Assembly: GCA_000934665.2 (NCBI GenBank)
Contig: JYFJ02003960.1
Location: forward strand, 1 to 54,382
Length of the DNA: 54,382 bases
Reading direction: 5' to 3'
Source: Catajapyx aquilonaris
Lineage: Eukaryota
Shown piece after piece: positions 12,175 through 23,760 of this stretch. The position numbers and the translations under genes are program-made. The notes beneath the pieces were generated by a model. The model saw only the letters and a list, made by a program, of their open reading frames with translations, did no database searches and was not told the origin of the DNA. Positions within the stretch are counted from its first letter, which is position 1, and each line of letters begins with the position of its first letter.

Positions 12175-12556
12175 GATACAGTCACTAAGAGGCCTTCATT
12201 TGTTAGTCCTGGAATTAGGCAGGCCATAGTCCGGATGCACACCTGGAAATAGGTCACTTGCGATACCAATGATTCGCTTCCGGTTTTGTAAAAAGGCATT
12301 CATAATTAGCTCAGCATTCGAAATATTGTTTTTGTGAATCACTGAATTAATCTGGCAACATTCCTGGTTTTTCACCATTCATACAATGTCTTAGTATGGA
12401 AAATGTTAATCTTGTTTCATATTGCCTATTTCTTCACTCCTAGAATTGCCATGCAAGAGAAAAATCAAATAATTCCTGCCAGATGTTCAGGATTTAATCA
12501 AGAAGGCCTCACATTATATCTCGCTTTTATTCATAGTGATTAGATCCACCAGTCAT

Positions 12557-12836
12557 TTACATAAATATATCCTGGGCACAATGGGAATTCTGCATAATGC
12601 GAGCAAGTGGACAGTGCTTGAATTCCAGTGAAAAGGTTAGGAAGACTTCTGTGGCGCTGGAGAGTTGATCACAGATGTCATGACATGAGGCCATTGCTTG
12701 ATGCCATGGGGGTGGCACACGCAAGGGCAGGGGCTTCAGGGCATCTATTCTTGGCTTTGGCTGATGATGTGGCGGTAGTGGCGGACTTGGAGGGAGCAGG
12801 GCTGCTGGCGGCACTGGTGAGACGTGAGCTGGCAAC
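12557..12836 (-). other. Putative alternative terminal exon (Pro-rich, RLPAHVSPVPPAALLPP...), paralog of the exon start at 15111
   Basis: Polypyrimidine tract plus TTTCAG acceptor ending at 12837; open in phase 2 to TAA at 12557; minus-strand AATAAA at 12531-12526; similar in sequence to 14985-15170. Confidence 0.5.
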
Positions 12837-13093
12837 CTGAAATAAGACAGAGAAGATGTAATGGCAAGGAGCAGGCAGGTGAAGTGACAGTGGAGGAAGA
12901 GTGATGAATGGCTGGTCTCGTAGTACTGCAAAGCCCTGTGCTTCTCTGTCTGCCCTGAAGCAACCGCAGGCTATGGTTCCATCCAAACATGGAACCTGTG
13001 GATGTGATGAAAGACTGCTCTGGTGCTTTATTCTCCAGGAAGGGGTCGTGCCAGGTCACTGAAGTCATCATCCTCGCCACTCCAGTCGCTGCT

Positions 13094-14692
13094 TCAACTC
13101 TCTTCCACATCATGGGCTTCTTGCTCCACCACCTCCTCCTGCTCTTCATCACTGCTGTCCTCACCTCCAACAGTAAACACCAGCGGCTGTACTCGCTCCT
13201 CACATACAACCTCTCTGTTCCAGTCCTCATCATAAAGCCTTTTCACGTGGTTCACATATTTGCTCCAGTCTGCAGGGCTCACACTTGCGGCAGCTTCCTC
13301 CCATACCACCCTGGTGTTGGCCTCACCACTACTGCGGCCACACAACACATGGCCATTATAAATTTAACTTAGCCCATACATTCTTAATTGGATTGTAATG
13401 GCAGTGGTATGGGGGAAGCCACACTATACTTCATGACCATCTTTTGCCAGCAACTCATCTACTACATACTTACGGTAGATGGGTTTGTGAGGGACAGCCA
13501 ATGCATAGAACTCCTTCTTGAGGTAATTACCGCGGGGCAGCAGATTCCTCTCTTCCAGCCACTTCCGGAGCCTCTCATTCCGCCACTTCTGGGTGGGCAG
13601 CTCCTCCTTCTGCGTCGAGTGGTAAGCGGCATTGTCCATGACAATAAGGAACTTTCCTTTTAAGTTGGGGAGAAGCTGCCACCGAATAAAAGTGTTTCCG
13701 TTCATATCCCCATGGTAATCACCTGTAGTCCTGCTCGATTGGAATATCAATGATGCCCCTTCAACAAACCCATTCGCTCCACCAGCATGTAGGACAATGA
13801 ACCGCGCACCACACGATCCAGTGTTCCTCAATGTGCTCTCCTTTTTGCCATCAAACCATGATCGCCCTGTCTGGCATCCCCTCGAGAACACCCACGTCTC
13901 GTCGAGGTATATGACAGGAAGAAGCTGAGCGGAATTTGCGTTTTCGTGCATGTGGCGCAGGAAGTTGATCCTCATCGTCACAACATGTGATTGTTCCAAC
14001 AGATGGAGTCTCGAGTCCCCCTTCTTCCACCTGAACCCCAATTTCCGAAGCACTTTGCTCAGTAACTTTTCACCTCCTGTGAAGCCCACATCTTTGACTA
14101 AAGGCAGGATTGACCTCACTGTGGGTAGAAGTCCCTTAGCATATTCCCCGTCGATGACTCGCCGGATTGCCTCCCTGATGCAACTATCCGGAGATGTGTC
14201 AGGAAAACAGCGCTTCCTTTTCTTCCCTGGTGTGGACAAGGACAACTGCTCCCCCTTCTTCAGAGTGACCAAAATGCGGTAAATAGTGCGCTCTGATACT
14301 GCTCCTGTAGCAGAACAAACCCTCTCCTTCAGGCTGAGACGATCCTTGAGTACGTCCTTCAGTGAACCCAGACGTTCCCGGAGTGCTGTAAAATATGCCA
14401 AGACCTTGATGATGATCATCTGCGCCTGGCTCTGGAGTCCAATGCCCTGGCCCATACGTCCCCGCTTGCTTTTGCTGCGTGGAGCCTTGCGCTTCTTTCC
14501 TTGGTCTGAATCAGCTGTGGGCAAATCACCTGCTGAAGCAACTCCAAGCGATGGTGCAAGAATCTGAGGAGACGATGACGGCTGCATAGGGGATGGGCAG
14601 GTGCTAACAGCCAAGGCTGACAATATATTGTGAAGGTGGCAGAATGTGATTGGAGGCAGCTTGCAGAGATGGGGTCTGGTTGATGGTGCCAT
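13094..14692 (-). pseudogene. Sailor-type (DD82E) IS630/Tc1/mariner transposase pseudogene
   Basis: Motifs YLDETW (D at 13903-13901), GDYHGDMN, VMDNAAYH (D at 13636-13634) and, after removing an extra TA at 13425-13426, VWLPPYHCHYNPI[K]NVWAK. The second D to the E position spans 248 nt, i.e. 82 codons plus 2 nt. The catalytic E reads K (13385-13383). A second frameshift near 13361 precedes the C-terminal WEEA..WSKYVNHV..acidic tail. NLS-like KKRK motifs and an HTH-like ATGAVSERTIYRI lie upstream. Confidence 0.9.
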
Positions 14693-15550
14693 CCAAACCA
14701 GGCAACGGTGTAGCCATCAGCAGCGGATGATTGGAGGCAGCTGGGATAAGAAGTCCAGGAGACCATCCTGTGACATAAGTAGCTGGCAGGGTGGAGAATG
14801 AAGCAGCAGATGTCTCGACACCCGTAGCAGGATGGCTTTGTGGCACAGGAGGCTGCATGATGGACGGCTGGGGTGCACCTGGAGGTTTCAGCAATGATAT
14901 CACAGGTGGCCGTTGGGTGATGACAGGACAGGAAGTCGTTGTAGATGTCATCCCACAAGTAGCGGGGCCTGGAAACTTCAGCACTGATGTCATGACACGA
15001 GGCTGTTGGATATTTCCAGGTGTTACCGCATGCTTCAGGTGAAGATTTGATGGTGGAGTTGGATGCAGTAGGCCAGCTGGCGACACTGCTGAGGCGTGGC
15101 TTGCTGGCAGCCTGGAAAATGATGGAGCAGATGTATTAGCACCAGTAGCAGGCAGGAAAAGTGATGGAGAAGGCAGCAGAATGGAAAGCTAGTGTGGGGG
15201 TGGATATACCTGATCACCGATGAAACGAGAAGAGGTAGAAGAGCATCATATGCAGCAGTTGGAGGCAGTCGCGCTACTGGCTTTGGTGTGGTTGTCGTGA
15301 CGGTCCACGTTACGTTCGTGGACACCCGAGATGGTGCAGCCCGAGCACATGCCTTGTGCTGAGTCACATCAGCGGCGACAGGCCGGACGATCTCATGAAT
15401 GGACACGTGTGTCGTGGGTTTGAGGGGAAGGGGTCCGCGAGGGGCGGGCGTGAGGTGGGTCCAGGCCGGAATGGGACTTGGGGCGGGGGACGAGGAGGGA
15501 GAAATGGCAGGGAATCTTGGAGGTGGTGGCCGCAAGGGCGTGGGAGACAT
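14604..15550 (-). pseudogene. Pro/Ser/Thr-rich two-exon coding region upstream of, and probably fused to, the transposase
   Basis: ATG at 15550 (MSPTPLRPPPP); donor AG|GTATAT at 15210/15209; pyrimidine-rich 98-bp intron; acceptor TTCCAG|G at 15112/15111. The join is in frame (..SVIR-LPASHASAVSPAGLLHP..). One frameshift, somewhere in the overlap with the transposase ORF (about 14604-14692), links it to the transposase frame. Confidence 0.6.
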
Positions 15551-18500
15551 CGCGAGAACAAGGAGGAAAACACAAAGGAAAGCGGACAATCCCATGTGCA
15601 CACTTACTGGCTCAAGACACAGAAGTGAAGGTTCAAGTCAAGGTTTTTGCCAACTCCTCATGGAGGGCAGCACGCGGCGAAACAACGAAAGTAGTCCCCT
15701 ATCTGTCAAGCAGGAGTGCCAGAATTTAGACCTCTTAAGCCCTACTGTGATGACAATTAATCTTGGAAATATTGATAACGTGAATTGTTGGGACGCACAT
15801 CTTAAAGAAAACCTTTAATGACAATTTGTACACATGGTTTCAAGCATCCGGCCTAGCTTCCGGCGAAGCATCCGGCGACTGATCCTGCGGATGTTCCGGT
15901 AAATGTAACTCATCCCCACTCCACCTCAGCTCTACCTCGACTCCTCCATTCCCCCCCATCCCAATCCAGGCACGCCATTGGCTGGGAGTGTTGGGTGGGG
16001 GGACTGCCAAGTTAACCCGCCGGGGACTATACAGTAGGTATTTCCCTGCCCTGCCCTGCCCTGTGACAACAGGTTAATCTAAGGGACATCTCGTACATTT
16101 TGACATTTGAGCGAGGCGACGGTCACCTGTTGGTCACCCCCTTGAACTCGAACTATCGGTACCACCTTTTGATTAGTCCCTCATTGGGGTATCGTCGCGT
16201 CGTGGTAAACAGCCACGATACTCTGATGAACCTATATATAGGATGGCGTTTTCCCTTTCCTTTACCAAGGACGTAATCACCGGTGAATGCAACTTCCATT
16301 TCTTCAGATCCATGATTATGCAGGGTTGGGTCACCACGTCACCTTCACTCACACAGTTCTCTCAAGTCTCAACACACAGGCTCAATTGAGGGGTCTGAGA
16401 TAAAAAAACAGCCAAGTACACTTTTGTGGGGTCAACACAAATACGTGCAACAATGATGTATTTTAATGTCATTGGATATTAATTGCACATTTCCGTATGT
16501 AGCTGAGATTCGGCAACATATGGACGTAAAAAGTTTCAAGATTGTATCAGAGAAAGTTAAGTAATCATCAGTTTTTGCTCATGTTACGACCAGTTTTTCC
16601 AAGTTGGCTGTATCGGATCTCAGACCCCTCAATTTCCGTAAGTTTACAACTTCGAAGGTGGAAGTATGTGCAATTCTGTGTGTGTTCAGTGACACGTTTC
16701 TTTTTCCGTTTTGTTGTCCGTAAATTCTCGTAGGGTTCATGCTTTTATTTTTTGTGCGCACATTTATGTAGAGAACCTACCACGGAGTTTTACAAGAATA
16801 TTTAGGTTCAGGCTGAATATACTGAGATAAAATTCTGCTATCATATCAATTATGTTTCTTTCAGATAGCATTGTATTTTTTGCCCGAGTTAACAGGAAAT
16901 ATCCCACGATTTTGTTCAAAGATTAATGGAGATTGGTAGAAGAGTGAAAGTGATCACAAAGTACCCAGACATGCAATCGCCTGGCCCTAAGCTATGCACT
17001 TATGACGCCATGGAGTATTGGCTGATATAACCCCCTGTGATTAACGGCTGCTGACCGAAGCTACTGGCATTTTGGAGGTTAAGCCATTAGTATAGGAATT
17101 AGTAATAATAGACGAAATTGTGAAAACCCCTGTTAAAAATCAGCGGTGAACTATAAAAAAATTAAAGAACGGGAAGAAAATGGAAATAGCTTTCGTTTTC
17201 CCATGAGACGCCATCTGAAATGAATTGTTTGTCACGAAAAAACGGGACGCCATTTTAATCGCATTGCAGATTACAGGTGCATGGGTATGCCAATATGTAT
17301 TGCATTCCTCATTCAATCAATAACTCACTCTCTATAGTCGCTCTTCGATATTGTCCATTGCATGGTAACGTTACTCATCTTCCACATGGCTCTGCTGTAA
17401 CACGGTTGCTTAGAACCGAAAAAGATATCGGGGATAGCGGGTGATAGACAAGTTTAAAATATGACGATACTAAACTATAAGAAGAATTCAAAGCTCATTA
17501 GCATGCGTCTGTATTGTTGCCTCAGAGTCCATAAGCAAACATGTTAACGATAATATCTTGATCCTAGTGGATTCATTTTTGTTATCTAGACTAGAGCACT
17601 ATTTATCAGATGGTCGCCGCCAACAAGCAGTAAGGAACTAGACCAAGTCAGAGTCAAAATGCCTTGGTACAGTATACTGAGATAACTTAGTTTTCCAACC
17701 TGCAGGGGGGAAAAAAATCCCTGCAGACACATTTCAAACTGGCTCGTCAACGGAAACGAACGAAGCATGTTCGCAACATCCCGAGTGGCGGCGCGGCGCC
17801 CGTTGTCCCTTCACCTGATGAGCCCCTGATGTAGCAGACGACACTTTCCGGCTCACTTTGACGTCTCTCTCTGGTTATTTCTGTCGGTTTTGACAGTAAA
17901 AAGCGCATAACACTTTCTGAATCAATACTGAATTTTGTAGACAAACTTGCAAGACTGCTGCTCCATTTAAACATCTTTGATAACTATTTTGAACAGTTTG
18001 TCAGTAAAGAAAGATATTATTTATAACCCGATGCAGTACCGAGAAAAATACTGGAAATCTGATCAGATCCCAGACAAATAATTGGGTAGTACGTGAGTGT
18101 GCACCAGGTCCTGTGCGAGTAGGTCCGCAAATTGGAGGCATCGGCACGATGTAATGGAGTGCGAACGAGTGCCGGGTAAACAAAAGGCCTCGGCTGGAAT
18201 TGGCAGCCGAAATATTGACTTGACCCTTTATTCCTGCAGAAACCATATGGGGTGACGGCCAGAGGGCGCCAAAGGCAGCCTCTCCCAACATCCTTTATTG
18301 ACAGCCAAGGCCCTCTAGACACTCACTAAGCGAATAGGGCAGAAAGCAGCTGAAGAAATATCTACAAAGGAGCACATTATTACCTTTGCGGGTAGTCGAA
18401 AGCATTCACTGGTACCTACAAAAAAAATACCAAGTGATCAATACTACATGCATATACAAGGAAAACTTGAAGTTCTTGCAAACTGCTAGTTAGAGACTCC

Positions 18501-18770
18501 CACATATAGGTACATTGGGAGGCCTAAAATCAATCTTACATCTCAGTGTCCTTTTAAGAGGAAGGGCCTAATTTTTCCACAAAGTAATTCTTCCGCACGT
18601 TTCGTAAATAATAATCTAGAGTGAAACACCTACGTGCTACAACTTTCGTTTCCTTCGATACCGGTGCGACATTATGAAATCACTGTAATACTAAGACCAC
18701 TGACAAGCATGACTCAGTTTTTTAAAGAATTATTGATTCTTCGCTCGGAGACAATAAATTATGTAATATA

Positions 18771-19067
18771 CTAGCAGGTTACCCGGCGTTGCCCGGGTAT
18801 GTATGGTGGTAGGCCTACAATGTAATGAGGGCATTGCCATGGAAATCTATGAATATTGTTAAATAGGTAATTGGCAATTGGTTAATAGGGAATATGCGTG
18901 TTATGGGTGTTAGGTTCATTTTCGGAAGCTGAAACATGCGGCATTAAATTCCTTGAAAAATGTAACTCCCGATATGCTAATTTAAGGCGGTGTAGGGGCC
19001 TTCCCCCGGATTTCTATAAGGGACAAACATCCAAACTGACAAACTTCATTATTTATAGAGATAGAGA
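18771..19067 (-). mobile_element. Short non-autonomous Helitron
   Basis: Minus strand 5' A|TCTCTATCTCTATAAATAATG; 3' hairpin CCCGGGCAACGCCGGG then CTAG|T. Confidence 0.8.
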
Positions 19068-19416
19068 TTATTGGAGAGAATGCGACTCTATACATACAGT
19101 ATCAATAGAGTAGGTAAAATACACTTTGTGAGACTTAATAATATGGGATCTGAAACATGGCAAATAATTTTTAAAGGCAGTATATGCCTTCATTCACGAG
19201 ATGCAGTCCAACTCTTCGGTTTACACCTCTATAAATCATTTTGCCAAACAGAAAAATGACACTTTCATTCTTATGTGTTGTCAGTTTCCCGTCTACTGTT
19301 CGTTATGTAACCTTGATTTGAAAACAAAATCAATATTACTTTATGAATGAAGACCCATCGTGGAGGTGAATACTGCGTGTTCACAGTGCGTGAGTCACTG
19401 CAGGAAAATGGCGAGG

Positions 19417-19630
19417 CCAATGGCTAATTCTCATATAAGCTTCTGACTGGGAACTGTAAGACTAGTGTTGTAAATGCTATTGCCTATAAGGTCATAACTT
19501 TTGACCTTGTAGGCAATCGCCGAAACGGTTAGCATTTTGTTTAATAACTTACCTGCCTATATTATTGTGCCAAGTTTCATTCAGCAACTCCATTTACAAC
19601 ACTTACAGTTCCCTTGTGAGTATGGTATTG
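19417..19630. mobile_element. Degenerate TIR MITE
   Basis: gggaactgtaag..tgttgtaaatg versus catttacaacacttacagttccc inverted repeat. Confidence 0.55.
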
Positions 19631-21517
19631 GACAATAATTAATTAATGACACGTACCAATTATTTTATTCACATGAAAGTCAGCCAGTCAACCTTGCAGA
19701 AACAAAATGTGCCAGAATTAGGACAAGTATCATTTACTAGTAAACCATTTAGTTCCCGTCCGAGAGGCAGGAAAGCCAAAAAAATAATATATTCAAGAAG
19801 GAATTTTAGTGATAATAAGTGTGGGTGACACCCAGGGATCTGTGACTGCAGAGGGAGACGGTGTAAAAAGGGCGGAAAAATGATTCGTCGTGCATCTTCC
19901 AGCAGAGAACATATAGCGACACTCCTGTCCTATCGACATATCATCGGATACCACCCCATAAGGGTTAACAATAATCCACAGAAGATTTACATAATCGTAC
20001 ATCTCAACCTCATATATTTCCAAAATGTCGAAATTCTTTTAAAGATTTTTTAAATCTAATGACACGCAAGTCCAAAAGGCCAATGCGAACATTCAGAATC
20101 ACTTGTATATTGTTAGTACAAATTGTTCGTATAAATTATTTTGGCTTCGTCTCTTCATCCACTTGAGTATGATGTATTTTGTATTAGAACGGGTGGTATA
20201 GTGAAAATGACCCAAGTCCAAGCACTTAAACTTTTCAGGGACACAATAAAAAACTGAATGGCATCTGAACAGAAGTAATTTGTTTATTTCTAACACTATT
20301 ATTAAATTGTCTATCGGACTTCGGACAGTATCGTATATTACCACGTGCTACGTGCTAAATAGTTTGGATTAGAATTAGCCAAAATCAGCTTGGTTAATCA
20401 AGGAACCTAGGTCCGAAAGAGAGTGCGTACCTTTGGGACTATACCATGCAGATAATATAAGACCACATTACAATAAGGGCCCATCTGTCAATTTTTACGG
20501 AAATACTTTTATGGCATATTGTACTTCCACTGGTGGATATCCATCCGCATAAAATGCAAGAAGAGCCGAAATGCCATTAGTAATACCTTGAAAAGGCTTC
20601 TAACCATCGACGGAACAAAACGCGGTTTCTCGATAGCAGTGACAAACGTGATTGTCACTTGAAAACGCGATTTTAATATACTACAAGGGACCAGCGATTT
20701 TAAAGTAGCGGTGATTTTTAAGCGCGACGTGATTTTTGTGTAAGCGCTACTTCTCAAAGTGTCTAAAGGAGATGCGTTACTTTACCGTTAGATCGTTCCC
20801 CTCTCAGGAGCAGTGCTAAACATAGTGGAAAATAAAGTAGACTTGGGGGTCTATAATTATGTCACCAAAACATCTTTGACATACGCCCTCGGGAAGTGGT
20901 CAAAAATGCCTGATACTTTATAAGGTAGACCTAGGTGGCATGGGAGACCAAAAGCATAAAATTAAATTAAATATAATGTGTAATTACTCTGAGGCAAATA
21001 CTACAGTATGTCTCCTGTATATCATCATCATTCATTAGTTTTATCCTGAGACTGTTTATTTCTCCATATTTAATCCAAAGGAACGATGCAATGCAAGAAG
21101 GGCCCAATTGTGAGCATTAAAAGTATTTAAATAAAATATAAATTACATGGACATGTCAATGAAAGTGCTGTCAGGTATTCATGTTGTATAGTATATCTGT
21201 CGTTAGGTTTAGAGCACAATAATTGCCTACCATGAACATAAACAGAAACAATTTTTTTTTCGCTACCTGGACATTTTCTATTTTCACAATAATTGCATTG
21301 TGGTCTTCATTGTATTCTTCTAATACATTTTTCAGATACATGGAGACTGTTTTGCAACAAATAACTCAATTTCGTAAAAATGTGTTGGACCCTTCTCCTT
21401 CTCATCGATTCAGTAGAAAATTCATATTATAATTATCAGGAGAGCTACTTAAAATTTGGCTAGTGTATCCACATGCGTACAGTGGCACAATTTCTTAACA
21501 GGGGTCAATGCTGGTAA

Positions 21518-21860
21518 TGTAATGAATAGGGATGTTGGAACCGGCTACAATCCTTATTTCCCAGAGCTAACATTCCTCAGGGAAGGCTTGAAGAGTAATG
21601 GCCCTAATCTGGCTCTAAAGGCAGCTTGTGGCTGCCTCTACTTCCCTGCCTTTTAGAGGGGGGCAGGAGGGGAGAGGGGGGCTGTGAAGAGAGAGGCGGG
21701 GGGGGGGGGGNGTTAAACAATCGGCTTATAAGCTATTGAATGGCTTTTAGAAATGTGTCCTGAAGGCGGTGCTGCTTCATTGTTGCGCCTCAGAAGACGG
21801 AAGTCGGATGGTTTCTGCTCGGATTGGTACTAACAGACTTCGCACCCAAACAATGACAGA
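21518..21860. repeat. Young dispersed ~330-bp repeat, copy 1 (solo-LTR-like TGT...ACA)
   Basis: Nearly identical to 37185-37507 outside the G-tract; TGTAATG...ATGACA ends; no TSD found. Confidence 0.75.
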
Positions 21861-22116
21861 CATGGGTAGTGTGCACCTGAGTGTGCACATTTCTCCCGCC
21901 CTGTTTGCAGAGAAGGCAAGTCGCGTGTACTCTGAGCAGCTAGGTAGACTTCATCAGAGAATGGAGTGGAGGAATGTATTAATAGTTTGTTCCCCATATC
22001 CGACCTATTACCAGTAGTGCTGGAAGGGAAATAACTGCAAACGCTGTCCTAGTAAACTACACTATTAAACCGGAATCTTGTTTCAACATGATTATTCGCA
22101 TAGAGGCTCATTTATA

Positions 22117-22384
22117 CAGTGTGATCCTAAATACTTGTCTGACTAATACGGCTATTTGTTGACACTATAAAGCTGCTTATTATAAGTAGTTACTTTTTCA
22201 TAGCATTATGAAAATATTAGCTGCTAATATTAGGTTGTGTGAACCCATCCAGTCGACCTAATATTAGTAGCTAATACTTTTGATGACCATTAGGTTACTA
22301 TACAAAAGTAAAAACTATAAAATAGACAGCTTAATGCCAACAAAAAGTCACATTTTAGTCGGACAAGTATTTTGGATCATCCTG
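22117..22384. mobile_element. Tc1/mariner-type MITE
   Basis: TA|CAGTGTGATCCTAAATACTTGTC...GACAAGTATTTTGGATCATCCTG|TA; extended imperfect IR. Confidence 0.8.
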
Positions 22385-23005
22385 TATATCTGCGATGCTG
22401 ATCTTCCAGCTCTAGAGGGAGCTAAGATCGTTCCATTGACGTCACGAAAAGATGTATACAGACCACCTAGACATCGCTAGAGGGTGCCTCAGCAGAATCT
22501 AGCGATGTTTACAGCAAAGCAATAGCTATAGCTCAGTCTCGGCACCACATTGTCTATAATCTATTAAAATAATCCTCGCAATGATAATTTTTCACATGTT
22601 GATTGATATGAAGGACAATCTGGGTATGGGGTATTATCGCAAACGAATGAGCAACCAGTGCTGGTTCGTAATACAGAATGACGACATGCCTTGTTTCATA
22701 GTTTTGAACACTGTGATCCCCATAACTGTATAAATGTGCTGAAGTATCGTCATGTTAGCAGGAACACCTTAATTTTTTGCATGTTGTATAATTTTGTAAT
22801 TCGTATCAAATTCACCCTGTCAATGGCCTGATTTTATAGTTTCATGTTTTCTTTAAATGAGTCAATGTCGTGTGTGAACGCCCATGAACTACCAATATCG
22901 GTCCCACCATTCCAAAACACAGTAGGGCCTACCCGTATCTGATATTTGGCGGAAAATTTAGATATCACAATTATTACGAACTACATGCATTAAAAATCCC
23001 AGCAT

Positions 23006-23233
23006 ATCTCTGTCGTCCGCTCGAAGAAGACCGTAACTCAACACCCACTTTCCATTGCGGCGAGAAAAAAAGGAGAGGTACCAAAAGCATCCAACAGATG
23101 CAGTTGGGGTGCCTGTTCCTTTCCCACTTCCTTCAACGCCACCTCTTGGATGCTTGCAGTAACACTTGCTTACTTTTCTCGCCGCAAGGGAATTTGATTT
23201 TGAGTTACGGTTTTCTTCGAGCGGACGGCAGAT
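23006..23233. mobile_element. Palindromic MITE
   Basis: tgtcgtccgctcgaagaagaccgtaactcaa / ttgagttacggttttcttcgagcggacggca; pairing continues toward the centre. Confidence 0.75.
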
Positions 23234-23288
23234 CTGAAGTCAGTGAAAGCATGATATTTTACGGTACATCGGTGAAGCCCAGTATCTA

Positions 23289-23760
23289 CGTGGGGCATTC
23301 AATAAGTTTCGAACCCGAAGTGTAAGGAACTAACATACGGTATGCGAATGTGCATCTCCCTACTCAAGCAGCAATGTAAGGTGTTACCCAGCATTAATAT
23401 TTTGGGACTCGGAAGGCGTGCTACTGGAGGACTATAGTTACAGCGTGGAAGAACATACTCTAACAGGACCTCATTATTCTGACCCCCTAGAAGTTGAGAG
23501 AATCTGTCAGGGAGAGACGACGCGGGAAGTTGCGGCGCGGAGTCCTGTTGCATCGCGACAACGCCCCGCACATTCATCACATGTTGCGCACTGTGCAGCT
23601 CATAAGTGCGGCTTCGAGCTTCTTCTTCACCTCTCCTGACCTGGCCCCGTCGGACTTTCTCCTGTTCCCAAAGTTGCAAGTAGGCCTTCGTGGGTCAAGA
23701 TTTGGAGGGGTCAAAGAGGTGACAGCTTAATAAACAAGTCGTTAAGTGGCTTGGAAAATA
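23289..23760 (+). pseudogene. Internally deleted mariner (DD34D-type) transposon remnant
   Basis: TA|CGTGGGGCATTCAATAAGT mariner-type TIR; translated GVLLHRDNAP...SPDLAPSDFLLFPKL..LRG.RF. Confidence 0.85.

Noticed and set aside
15553..15601. Signal-peptide-like MGLSAFLCVFLLVLA
   Set aside because: Better explained as the polypyrimidine tract of an intron following a GTAAGT donor near 15608.
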